A stretch of DNA of 64,000 nucleotides from an uncultured Pelagibacteraceae bacterium (GTDB lineage Bacteria > Pseudomonadota > Alphaproteobacteria > Pelagibacterales > Pelagibacteraceae), in NCBI GenBank assembly GCA_902587735.1, contig CACIML010000001.1, forward strand, positions 1,014-65,013, in the 5' to 3' direction. Position 1 is the stretch's first letter, and the number at the start of each line of letters is the position of its first letter. Shown in pieces: positions 8,761 to 18,303 of the stretch. The notes under the pieces are model-generated. The model was given only the letters and a program-made list of their open reading frames with translations. It ran no database searches and had not been told where the DNA came from. A program made the translations under genes and the position numbers.

Positions 8761-11064
8761 TTATTTTCCAATACCAATTATTGTTAAATCATCATCTAGG
8801 ATATCATTTTGTTCTTTAATGCCTTTTTCTAAATAATCTTTTTTTAAAGTCATTTTTTGGATTTCTTCTGTAGCTCTTTCTAATTCTTCCTTTAAATTTG
8901 GATGTTTATGTCTTAAGATTAAATTTTTTACCCCTTTAATTCCTATTTGATTATTATTATCATCAACACTCTCCGAAAAACCGTCTGTAAAACAATAAAT
9001 TCTTCCTGAATCAAGTTTAAAGTTTTTTAAATCATAAACATTTTCATTTTTTTGTTTTTCTACAGCCAGTGGCGTAGAAGAAGAAGGATATTCCTCAAAA
9101 TTTTCTCCTCTTAATAATAAAGCAGGTTGATGGCCAGCATTTGCAATTTCAACGATATCTGTTTTTAAATTATAGCTTCCAATTATTGATGTTACAAAGG
9201 TTCCGGGTGGATTACTTTCGTTCAAATCGTTATTCATTTCAAACAAAATTTCATTTGGTTTATATTTTTGTCTTGCAAATATCTTAAATAATGTAATTGC
9301 TTTAGCCATGACCATTCCAGCATTTACACCTTTCCCAGAAACATCTGATAAAGTAAAATAGACTTCATCGTCGTGCAAATAAAAATCATAAAAATCTCCT
9401 GATATTTCTCTTGCTGGTATATTTAGTCCATATATAGGATAATTTTTAAAATCTCTTCTCGGCATCAAACGTTTCTGAACATTCATGGCTAATTTTATTT
9501 CTTGCGAAACTCTATCTTTCCATTTATTTTTTTGTTTTTCTGTTTGTTCAAGCTTATCCATTAAAACATTATATTGGGTTCCAATAATTCCACTGTCTGT
9601 AAATGGGTCTTGCGGTGCTCTCATGCTATAATTATCTGATTTTACTTGTTTGGTTAAAACATCTAATAACTCATGAGTATCTGTTGATGCATTGTGTTCA
9701 GAAATATTTAGTCCAAGTTCTTCTTCTATTTTACTAACTCTAAGAGGAAATATAAAATTTATAGATTTAAAAATTATATAAGAGGAAAAAAAACAAAACC
9801 CTCCAATACTTAATATACCAATAAATTGAATGATTAATTGTTCAATTCTTGTTTTTTCAACTCCCATCATTTCAAAATCACCAAAAAACGCAACTGATAA
9901 TGCTCCCCACAAACCACATACTAAATGAACAGGAATTGCGCTAACCACATCGTCAATTTTTATTTTTTCTAATAAAACTATTGTTGAGCCAGAAATAATT
10001 CCTCCAATGCTTCCAATTAAAATTGCCTTTGAAGGTTCAACATAAGCACAACTTGCTGTAATTGAAACTAAGCCTGCAAGTGGTCCTGTAATCATAAACA
10101 AGGGCTCAGGTTTTTTTAAAACTATGATGCCCATTATACTTGAAAAAATTAAGCCAAAAGATGCAGATAAAAATGTATTAATTAAAATTAATGGAATTTT
10201 TAAATCCATGGCACCATTAGCTCCTCCATTGAAACCAAACCAGCCAAACCACAAAATTAATGCACCTAGCGCTGCCATAGGAGTATTGCTTCCTTGAAAG
10301 GTTTTTTTAGATTTTCCTTCTCTAAACCTTCCAGTTCTATTTCCTATAACTAGTAAAACAGCTAAAGCTACCCACCCACCCACAGAGTGTACAACTGTTG
10401 CTCCTGCAAAATCTAAATAACCCATTTTTCCTAACCAGCCAAATTTCACTGCTGGATTATCAAAATTAAAAGCCCAAGCCCAGTGACCTACTATTGGATA
10501 AAGAAAGCCAGAAGTAATAAAAGTAATTATTATATAAGATAAAAATTTTAATCTTTCGGCTACCGCTCCTGAAATAATGGTAGCAGCTGTAGCAACAAAC
10601 ATTGCTTGAAATACAAAGTAAGTTTGATATCCAGCTACATGAGTTGTAAAGAAATAAAATTTATTACCAAACAAACCCATAACACTTGTTCCGTACATGA
10701 GAGCAAAACCAAAAGCCCAAAAAGTAACAACTGCTATTCCAAAATCTGCTACGTTCTTTAATGCAACATTAATACTATTTTTATTTCTTGATAATCCAGT
10801 TTCTAAACACATAAATCCTGCTTGCATTAAAAAAACTAGAATTGCACAAATCAATAACCAAAAAGTATCTAAGTTTGCTTGTAGGATTGCATCCAAACGG
10901 AACTCTAATGCATTTAAAGCTCCTTTATTTATAAGTCCTAATTGATCTATTTGCGACTGAAGCTTATCAACAGATCCTTGAATTATAGCTCTTGAATTTG
11001 TTTCTAATTGTGCGACTGCTGACTGAAGCCTATTAATAGCTATTTGAATTTCAGCTTCATTCAT
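8761..11064 (-). CDS. Ammonium transporter-PP2C/SpoIIE phosphatase fusion (copy 1)
   Basis: Amt: MQAGF, FQAMF, DFAGATVVH, WFGWFGFNGG, DDVVSAIPVH; PP2C: SGDFYD, DVSGKG, NAGH, TDG, DDLT. Confidence 0.9.
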   Translation of the reverse strand: MNEAEIQIAINRLQSAVAQLETNSRAIIQGSVDKLQSQIDQLGLINKGALNALEFRLDAILQANLDTFWLLICAILVFLMQAGFMCLETGLSRNKNSINVALKNVADFGIAVVTFWAFGFALMYGTSVMGLFGNKFYFFTTHVAGYQTYFVFQAMFVATAATIISGAVAERLKFLSYIIITFITSGFLYPIVGHWAWAFNFDNPAVKFGWLGKMGYLDFAGATVVHSVGGWVALAVLLVIGNRTGRFREGKSKKTFQGSNTPMAALGALILWFGWFGFNGGANGAMDLKIPLILINTFLSASFGLIFSSIMGIIVLKKPEPLFMITGPLAGLVSITASCAYVEPSKAILIGSIGGIISGSTIVLLEKIKIDDVVSAIPVHLVCGLWGALSVAFFGDFEMMGVEKTRIEQLIIQFIGILSIGGFCFFSSYIIFKSINFIFPLRVSKIEEELGLNISEHNASTDTHELLDVLTKQVKSDNYSMRAPQDPFTDSGIIGTQYNVLMDKLEQTEKQKNKWKDRVSQEIKLAMNVQKRLMPRRDFKNYPIYGLNIPAREISGDFYDFYLHDDEVYFTLSDVSGKGVNAGMVMAKAITLFKIFARQKYKPNEILFEMNNDLNESNPPGTFVTSIIGSYNLKTDIVEIANAGHQPALLLRGENFEEYPSSSTPLAVEKQKNENVYDLKNFKLDSGRIYCFTDGFSESVDDNNNQIGIKGVKNLILRHKHPNLKEELERATEEIQKMTLKKDYLEKGIKEQNDILDDDLTIIGIGK

Positions 11065-11081
11065 AATTTAAAATAAATATT

Positions 11082-11417
11082 TTAATCTAAAAGCTTTCTT
11101 GCTTCCCCAGCATCTTCAATAAACTTGTTGGACTTAAGAACTTTTACTACTTCAAAACCTGTTCCTAAAATTGCATTCTTAAAGTCTTCTTCAGTTAAAT
11201 TTGATTTGTCTTCAAATGCCGAAACAGCAACTCCTTCTGGCCATGAAACTTTTACATGCGCAGTGGGACTTACTTCAATTAATTTCTCAGTGACCATATT
11301 TTGACATTTAATGCACATCATGCCGTTAACTTGACCGATCATAGACTCCGCTGCGAATGAATGTCCGCTAATTAATAAAAAAAATGTAATTAAGAATGAT
11401 ATAATTTTTTTTTTCAT
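11082..11417 (-). CDS. Secreted heavy-metal-associated (HMA) domain protein
   Basis: AGGAG RBS before MKKKIIS; signal peptide; GMMCIKC metal motif. Confidence 0.75.
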   Translation of the reverse strand: MKKKIISFLITFFLLISGHSFAAESMIGQVNGMMCIKCQNMVTEKLIEVSPTAHVKVSWPEGVAVSAFEDKSNLTEEDFKNAILGTGFEVVKVLKSNKFIEDAGEARKLLD

Positions 11418-11502
11418 ATTGAATTCTCCTATTTTTTTAGTCAATATACTATTGCTATTATAAAATATATCTACACAATAATCATAATGGATTAATTTAC
11501 TA

Positions 11503-12024
11503 TTAATTCCTAACATTACTTAAAAGCCAGTTTATAAAGTCAGTATTAGAAAAATCAATATCTCCAATTATTCTTGCAATTTCTTCTCTATTTTTGTTTA
11601 AAATTACAGAGGTTGGAACTCCCCTAATACCCAATAATTTTACAAGTTTTAAATCAGAGTCATAAAAAATTGATAAATTTTTTATATTTAAATCTGCAAA
11701 AAATTTTGCTGTTCTTTTTTTGTTTTTTTTCTCTAAATTAATGGCAAATACTTCAATATCATTGTTTTCTTGTAATTTGTCTAATGAGGGCATTTCTTTC
11801 TTGCAAGGGTCGCACCAAGTAGCCCAAAAATTTAAAATATAAATTTTATTACTATAATTCTTAAGATTTACTTGTTTTTTATTAAAATCTTCAAATACAA
11901 TATTGCTATATTGTATTGGTTTTTCATGAACGTTTATATTTTTAAAGGGAAGTATAATGTTCGCATTTAAATTAATACAAATTAAATAAAATATACTAAA
12001 GTAAATTATTGATTTTTTTTTCAT
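11503..12024 (-). CDS. TlpA-family thiol:disulfide oxidoreductase
   Basis: LNFWATWCDPCKKEMPSL, GVPT. Confidence 0.9.
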   Translation of the reverse strand: MKKKSIIYFSIFYLICINLNANIILPFKNINVHEKPIQYSNIVFEDFNKKQVNLKNYSNKIYILNFWATWCDPCKKEMPSLDKLQENNDIEVFAINLEKKNKKRTAKFFADLNIKNLSIFYDSDLKLVKLLGIRGVPTSVILNKNREEIARIIGDIDFSNTDFINWLLSNVRN

Positions 12025-12031
12025 TAATTTA

Positions 12032-13270
12032 TTAAAATCTTTTAGAACTATAAGGCTCTAAATTTAGATTAGTATTTTTATTCATAATCATGTTTGAAAT
12101 AATTTTCCCTGAAATAGCCGCTAAAGTCCATCCTAAATGATGGTGTCCAAATGAATAAAATACATTTTTATAATTTTTTGATGGGCCGATAACTGGTAGA
12201 TAGTCTGGCAATGTTGGCCTAAAACCTAACCATTCATCTTCATGTTCTGGTAAATCATCTAACAAGTATTTTGCATTATTTATTAAATTTTTTATTCTTC
12301 CTTTGCTTACTGGATTTTTTAAACCACCAAATTCTACAGTTCCTACAACTCTTAATCCTTGTTCCATTGGTGTCATACCAAACCCTCTGTTCTGAAATAC
12401 AACGGGACGTGAAATTAGATTTTCACAACCTTTAAAGTGAACATGATAACCTCTTTCAGTGTCTAAAGGAATTTTTTCATCTAATTTATCAGTCAACTTT
12501 TTTGAAAAAGCACCACAAGCAATTACAACTCTATCAAACATAAATCGCTGAGCTTCAGATTTTAAAGTTGGTTTTTCATTGTCAAATACAATGTCTTGAA
12601 TATTTAATTTTAGAAACTTCCCATCTTTTTTTAGGAAAAGATCAAATAATTTTAAAAGTATTTTCTTTGGGTTTTTTGCATGTCTGGCCTTTTTGTAAAA
12701 AACTCCAGCATGGTAAATTTTTTTGATATTTGGCTCTAAATCATGAATTTCTTTTTGGTTTAACAATTGTTGTTCTGCGCCTATTTCATTTCTAATATTA
12801 ATTTCTAACTCTCTGCTTTTGAGGTTTTTATTATTCCAAATATACATAATTCCTTTATTTTCTACTAAACCAGATAAGTTAATCTGGTCAAATAATTCAT
12901 CATATGCTGGTAAAGCTAAATCTAATATCTGGTGCATATATTTAGCAGTGTGCATCATGTTTTTTGTACTACAGTTTTTTAAAAATTTTAAAAACCATGG
13001 AATCATTTTAGGAACATAATTCCATTTTAATGCAAGTGGTCCTGATGAGCTTAATAGCATCGCAGGAACATCGAATAAAATATCAGGTCTATTTAATGGA
13101 ATGGAAGCATAAGGAGAAAAGTGACCAGCATTTCCATAAGATGCTGAAAGATTGCCTGGTTCATCTTTGTCAAATAGAGTTACTTCATATCCTTTTTTTT
13201 GCAAAAACAATGCATTACAAACACCTTGTATACCTGCTCCAATTATTCCAATTTTTAATTTTTTTTCCAT
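12032..13270 (-). CDS. FAD-dependent D-amino acid dehydrogenase (DadA family)
   Basis: IIGAGIQG, ASYGNAG, ERGYH, WLGFRPTLPD, GHHHLGWT. Confidence 0.85.
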   Translation of the reverse strand: MEKKLKIGIIGAGIQGVCNALFLQKKGYEVTLFDKDEPGNLSASYGNAGHFSPYASIPLNRPDILFDVPAMLLSSSGPLALKWNYVPKMIPWFLKFLKNCSTKNMMHTAKYMHQILDLALPAYDELFDQINLSGLVENKGIMYIWNNKNLKSRELEINIRNEIGAEQQLLNQKEIHDLEPNIKKIYHAGVFYKKARHAKNPKKILLKLFDLFLKKDGKFLKLNIQDIVFDNEKPTLKSEAQRFMFDRVVIACGAFSKKLTDKLDEKIPLDTERGYHVHFKGCENLISRPVVFQNRGFGMTPMEQGLRVVGTVEFGGLKNPVSKGRIKNLINNAKYLLDDLPEHEDEWLGFRPTLPDYLPVIGPSKNYKNVFYSFGHHHLGWTLAAISGKIISNMIMNKNTNLNLEPYSSKRF

Positions 13271-13370
13271 TTTAAGTATTGTAATGATTAAATCATCTAA
13301 GTTGATGTTTCTATAAACAAGTTAAGCACACACAATTTAAAATTGTATTTAACTATTTTTTACGATGATT

Positions 13371-13715
13371 TTATTCAAGAGTACTAAATGGGTCTCTAAT
13401 ACAATCAATCTCGTCTAAAGTTTCAAAGAAAATCTCACTTAAAGAAGAACTATGCGTTGTTTCACATTTTCTAGTATTATTATTTTGTACCAAAAGAGTA
13501 TCAAGTTTATGATTTTTTTTAACTAAAGATAGTGCATATTCGCCTGGAGATTGCCCCATTGCTTTCTTAAATCCATATGATGTAGCAAGTGAAGTACCTG
13601 ATTGCAAAACGCTACCTGATTTAGCCATGGTTAAGCTTGGACCAACTAGTGCACTGTACTCAGCACAAGCATTTAAAAATGCCAAAGTAATTATTAATAA
13701 AATACTTTTTTTCAT
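13371..13715 (-). CDS. Hypothetical lipoprotein
   Basis: Lipobox LNAC after hydrophobic leader; GGGAG RBS. Confidence 0.7.
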   Translation of the reverse strand: MKKSILLIITLAFLNACAEYSALVGPSLTMAKSGSVLQSGTSLATSYGFKKAMGQSPGEYALSLVKKNHKLDTLLVQNNNTRKCETTHSSSLSEIFFETLDEIDCIRDPFSTLE

Positions 13716-13848
13716 ATCTCCCTTAATACGAGTATTAGTATATTTTTAATTAAAACAAAATAAATAAACCACTTAAAGCTAGTTTATGACCATTTTAGGC
13801 TATTTTAGATGGTTATAATTGATGAAATCGTAAAGTTAAGAATATTAT

Positions 13849-16011
13849 TTATCTTCCAATAGTCAAAACTGTTAGATCATCATTGAGTTTATCTTTATAA
13901 GAATTGCTTAAAACTTCTTTTGATATATTGTCTAATTCGTCTGTTAAGTTAGAATTAAAATTATTATTTATTATTTTTTTTGTTCCTTCAATTCCTATCT
14001 CTTCATTGTTTTTATTTAAACTTTCAGATAGACCATCTGTAAAAGAATAAAATCGATGTCCATTTAAATTTTTTTTATTAACTTGATAAACTGATTTATT
14101 TTTTTGAAAAATAACTCCTAAAGGAAGAGACTTAGATTCAAACTCTTCAAAATTACCATTTGTATGTCTAATCAAGGCTGGTTGGTGACCTGCATTTACC
14201 CATTTTACTTCTTCAGAAATTATGTCGTAGTTTCCAATAATTCCAGTTACAAACATACCAGCAGTTTTGGTATTAAATAAATCATTATTCATATGAAAAG
14301 CCATTTCATCTAAATCCACTTTTCCTTGAGACAACACTTCAAACAAAGTTGAGGCTTTTGCCATTACCATTCCAGCGTGAATACCTTTTCCAGCAACATC
14401 TGCAATTATAAAATAAATATTTTCGTTATTGGGGTAAAAACTAAAAAAATCTCCTGACATTTCTCTTGCTGAAATATTTATACCTTTTACTGGATAATTT
14501 CTTAAATTTCTTTTAGGGATAAAATTTTCTTGAACTTTTACAGCTAAATCTACTTCTTTAGAAATTCTATCTCTCCATTTATTTTTTTCAGCTTCGCTCG
14601 ACTCTAATTTGTCCATCATTTTATTATAATAAAGACCAATAACACCTCCTGCGGTAAATGGATCTTGTGGTCCTCTAATTTTGAGATCACCGGTAGTTGA
14701 TTGTCCGTCTAAAACTTTAATTAAATCATGTTCAACGGAAACTGCACCATGTTCTGCAATATTTAAACCTAATTCTTCATGAACAGGACTAACTCTTAAC
14801 GGATAAAATTTATTTAAAAATTTTAAAAAAGTAAATGAAATAATAAATGAAAACATTCCAATTGAAATTACTCCAATTGCTTGTACTTTAAATTGTTCTA
14901 TTCTTGATAACCCAGTATTTAGAGTTTCTAAGTCAGAAAAAATTGCTACCGCAAGAGTACCCCAAATACCAGCAACCAAATGAACTGGTATCGCTCCTAC
15001 CACATCATCTATTTCAAATTTTTCTAATAATTCAGATGCCAAAATTGCTACCACACACCCAATTGTTCCAATTATAATTGCTGAAACAGAGTCAACAGAA
15101 TTGCATGATGCCGTGATTGCTACTAAGCCAGCTAATGGACCGAGAACTATATACATAGGAACTGGTTTTTTTTTAGTTATATATGAAATAACTAAACCAG
15201 TTAATAAACCAAAAGCAGCAGCAAGAAAAGTATTTATCAAAATCAGTGGAACTGTTTCATCCATTGCACCATTGCTACCACCGTTAAATCCAAACCAACC
15301 AAACCAAAGAATTAATGTTCCTAAAATTGCTAAAGGAAAACTCGAGCCAGTAAATTTTCCTTTGTTTGCTTCAGAATATTTTCCTATTCTTGCACCCAAA
15401 ACTAAAACCCCCGCTAAAGCAATCCATCCACCTACAGAATGAACTATTGTGCTACCTGCAAAGTCAATAAATCCTAATTTTGAAAGCCACCCTCTGTTGA
15501 TTGTATCTCCAATAAGATATTTTGCCTCTTCGGACAAGCTTACTTTCATAAGGTAGCTAGAAGACCATGCCCAGTGCCCAATTATTGGGTATATTATTGC
15601 TGTTGATAAAACTGTAACAATTAAATATCCGGCAAATTTCATCCTTTCTGCTACAGCGCCAGAAATAATAGTTGCCGCAGTTGCAACAAACATTGCTTGG
15701 AAAACAAAATAGGTTTGGTATTCAGAAACATCAGTTTTAAAAAAAAATAAATCAGTTCCTATAACCCCATTATAAGAAGTTCCAAACATAATACCAAAAC
15801 CTATTATCCAAAACATCACAACAGAAACACCAAAGTCTGCTGCATTTTTTAGTGCAACATTAATACTGTTTTTATGTCTTGATAATCCACTTTCCATGCA
15901 CATAAATCCTGCTTGCATTATAAAAACCAATATAGCGCAGTCTATTACCCAAAGAGTATCTATATTCAGTGATAAGCTTGATACAATTTTATCCATCTTA
16001 TTCATGTCCAT
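13849..16011 (-). CDS. Ammonium transporter-PP2C/SpoIIE phosphatase fusion (copy 2)
   Basis: Amt: DFAGSTIVH, WFGWFGFNGGS, DDVVGAIPVH; PP2C: SGDFF, DVAGKG, NAGH, TDG, DDLT. Confidence 0.9.
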   Translation of the reverse strand: MDMNKMDKIVSSLSLNIDTLWVIDCAILVFIMQAGFMCMESGLSRHKNSINVALKNAADFGVSVVMFWIIGFGIMFGTSYNGVIGTDLFFFKTDVSEYQTYFVFQAMFVATAATIISGAVAERMKFAGYLIVTVLSTAIIYPIIGHWAWSSSYLMKVSLSEEAKYLIGDTINRGWLSKLGFIDFAGSTIVHSVGGWIALAGVLVLGARIGKYSEANKGKFTGSSFPLAILGTLILWFGWFGFNGGSNGAMDETVPLILINTFLAAAFGLLTGLVISYITKKKPVPMYIVLGPLAGLVAITASCNSVDSVSAIIIGTIGCVVAILASELLEKFEIDDVVGAIPVHLVAGIWGTLAVAIFSDLETLNTGLSRIEQFKVQAIGVISIGMFSFIISFTFLKFLNKFYPLRVSPVHEELGLNIAEHGAVSVEHDLIKVLDGQSTTGDLKIRGPQDPFTAGGVIGLYYNKMMDKLESSEAEKNKWRDRISKEVDLAVKVQENFIPKRNLRNYPVKGINISAREMSGDFFSFYPNNENIYFIIADVAGKGIHAGMVMAKASTLFEVLSQGKVDLDEMAFHMNNDLFNTKTAGMFVTGIIGNYDIISEEVKWVNAGHQPALIRHTNGNFEEFESKSLPLGVIFQKNKSVYQVNKKNLNGHRFYSFTDGLSESLNKNNEEIGIEGTKKIINNNFNSNLTDELDNISKEVLSNSYKDKLNDDLTVLTIGR

Positions 16012-16115
16012 GTTTTTCTTTTTTATTTCTATTTGTTTTTTTACTATCGATTTTATTCTTTTTTCATAAAATAAGAAGGTTTTGATTTAAAACTAAATGA
16101 ACTTTTTCAGTTTTT

Positions 16116-16361
16116 TTATTCTTTTTTTTTCCAAATAAAGTAAAATACATATGGAGTTATAGCAGGCACTACTCCAAACCAAATCCATTCGTCCCATTTA
16201 AAACTTTTATCAAATGCAATACTATTAATACCATTCCACCAAGTGAGATAGCCAATAAATAATATCCAGCCAATGCTGATTGATAACATTATTTTTTCTT
16301 TTTTAGAAAGTTCTCCATTAAAAATTCTACACATATAATTTTTAATATTTACCCCAGTCAT
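16116..16361 (-). CDS. Small membrane protein
   Basis: Two Trp-rich hydrophobic segments; co-oriented downstream of pilins; start uncertain. Confidence 0.6.
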   Translation of the reverse strand: MTGVNIKNYMCRIFNGELSKKEKIMLSISIGWILFIGYLTWWNGINSIAFDKSFKWDEWIWFGVVPAITPYVFYFIWKKKE

Positions 16362-16370
16362 AAATATAAA

Positions 16371-16787
16371 TTAGCAATCGGTGGAGCGAGTGAGTTTTGT
16401 AGATTTATTCATTGTCAATTTACATTTTTTTGAAGATTTTGAGTCCTCCAGTGCCACTATTGTAAAATCAGATCCGCTTTTGACTGTGCACATAAAATAC
16501 CCCAAATCATCATTAATACTATCTGCCCCACCTAAAAGTTTTTTTTCTACAAGGTTTGATGACGCGTCATTAGCTGTACAATCACTACCTGTGGAGCCAT
16601 AATACTCGCCTTCATCTGAAAAATATTCTACTTGGCCTAAGGATACTTGTAACATTATATTTTGTGCAGATTTTCTTTTTGCAGATTTAACATAGCCACT
16701 ATAAGAAACCAACCCTGCTGCAGCCAAAATACCAATGATGGCCACAACAACCAAAAGCTCTATTAATGTGAATCCTCTTCTATTCAC
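16371..16787 (-). CDS. Type IV minor pilin (PilE-like)
   Basis: G|FTLIELLVVVAIIGIL; YSGYV..AKR; EYFSD.GEY. Confidence 0.8.
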   Translation of the reverse strand: MNRRGFTLIELLVVVAIIGILAAAGLVSYSGYVKSAKRKSAQNIMLQVSLGQVEYFSDEGEYYGSTGSDCTANDASSNLVEKKLLGGADSINDDLGYFMCTVKSGSDFTIVALEDSKSSKKCKLTMNKSTKLTRSTDC

Positions 16788-16814
16788 TTTAATGAATTTA
16801 TTTTTTTTCAGCTA

Positions 16815-17294
16815 TTATTCTATAGTAACAGTATTTTTTTCTGGTGTTCCTGTAGATGCTGCACAAGTTGCTATAGTAACAAGCGTTTTAGTGTTCTTAA
16901 CGAATGTTTTTCCTTCGTTACTTGTTGTACAACTAGTCATAGCTGCTGCTTTAGATACTGCTGCCTTAGTTGTATCGTAAGGATTTTTAAAACTTATTAG
17001 AGCTGCTACTGCACCATCTGCAACTTTGTCTGCTGTTTTTCTGTCACTACATGCTAGTTTTTTAGATCCATCTAAATCCATAACATTAGTTTCGCCCATG
17101 TTACATTTTTGAAGTTCTGCTGCTATATACTTTGTGGCTGTTGCATGGTTGGACTTTGCAGATGATTTTTTTGCTCCTTGTGTATACCCACTATAAGCAA
17201 CAACACCTACTGCTGCCAAAATACCTATGATTGCTACTACAACCAACAATTCGATCAGTGTAAAGCCTTTTGAATTTTTGTTTTTTTTATTCAT
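16815..17294 (-). CDS. pilA: Type IVa major pilin (probable expression locus)
   Basis: G|FTLIELL, C-terminal Cys pair; AGAGG RBS and own upstream intergenic region. Confidence 0.8.
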   Translation of the reverse strand: MNKKNKNSKGFTLIELLVVVAIIGILAAVGVVAYSGYTQGAKKSSAKSNHATATKYIAAELQKCNMGETNVMDLDGSKKLACSDRKTADKVADGAVAALISFKNPYDTTKAAVSKAAAMTSCTTSNEGKTFVKNTKTLVTIATCAASTGTPEKNTVTIE

Positions 17295-17531
17295 ATTTTT
17301 TCCTCTTTAATATATTAAAGTTTTTTATACCCTTATTCTCTTTAAATTTAGTGTTAAAGTCTACTCTAATTTGCTCTTATATCAATTCTAAAAAGTCTAA
17401 AATAAACAGTAAATACACGAATTTTTATATATATATGTTTAATTTGAGCTAAATTCATGCCGTTTTTAGAATTTTATTGATTTTATGGTATTTTTACTAA
17501 TATTAAGAGATTTAATTAATAGCATTTATAT

Positions 17532-17831
17532 ATGACTTATAAAGTTACTGAAAAAGGAAACATTTCAACTGTATTTTTGCAAGGTGAAATTGACATGGAT
17601 GTCACTGATAAAGCAAAAGAAGTAATAATGCCATTAGTTGAAGCTAAAAAAGAAGTTCATCTGAATTTAAAAGATGTTCAATACATGGACTCATCTGGAA
17701 TATCTGTATTGATTGAAAGTCATCAAAAAGCAAATGAACTTGGAACAAAAGTAATTCTTAAAGAAATTAGCAAATCAGTTCTTAAAGTTATTATGATGGC
17801 TAAATTAGAACAGGTTTTAAATTTAGATTAG
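17532..17831 (+). CDS. STAS anti-sigma factor antagonist (RsbV/SpoIIAA-like)
   Basis: GEID, LKDVQYMDSSGISVL with phospho-acceptor Ser. Confidence 0.9.
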   Translation: MTYKVTEKGNISTVFLQGEIDMDVTDKAKEVIMPLVEAKKEVHLNLKDVQYMDSSGISVLIESHQKANELGTKVILKEISKSVLKVIMMAKLEQVLNLD

Positions 17832-17834
17832 TTA

Positions 17835-18248
17835 ATGAATATATCAGAATCAAAAGATTTTTTAGTCAGTTCTGCGAGTTTGAAAGAAGTTAGAGCCTTT
17901 TCAAGAGAAATATTAGAAAAAATTAATATCAATGAAGATCTCAAAGATGAGTTGGTTTTAGCAATTGCTGAGGCTGCACAAAATATTGTTAAACATGCTT
18001 ATAAAAATATAGATAGCACAACAGATAAAATGGAGATTAAAATATCTCTTAAAGATTCTGAACTTGAAATAGGTTTTTTTGACAAAGGAAGAGCTGTTGA
18101 TCCTGCTCATGTAAGACATAGAAAAATTGATGATATAAAACCTGGAGGACTAGGAACTTTTTTTATTCAACAAATCATGGATGCGATAGTTTTTAAAAAA
18201 GGTGAAAAACCTTGGATAAATCATCTTGTGTTAACAAAAAGAATATAG
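17835..18248 (+). CDS. RsbW/SpoIIAB-like anti-sigma factor Ser kinase
   Basis: LAIAEAAQNIVKHAY (N box), DKG, PGGLGTFFI. Confidence 0.9.
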   Translation: MNISESKDFLVSSASLKEVRAFSREILEKININEDLKDELVLAIAEAAQNIVKHAYKNIDSTTDKMEIKISLKDSELEIGFFDKGRAVDPAHVRHRKIDDIKPGGLGTFFIQQIMDAIVFKKGEKPWINHLVLTKRI

Positions 18249-18303
18249 TTAACCTTTACTTTACTATTTGACAAAGCCATTTCGCTTTAACAAAAAAAAT
18301 TTA

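Noticed and set aside
17295-17531. CtrA boxes upstream of pilA
   Set aside because: The TTAA pairs checked have N4, N5, N8 or N9 spacing, not N7, and TTAA is common at this AT content
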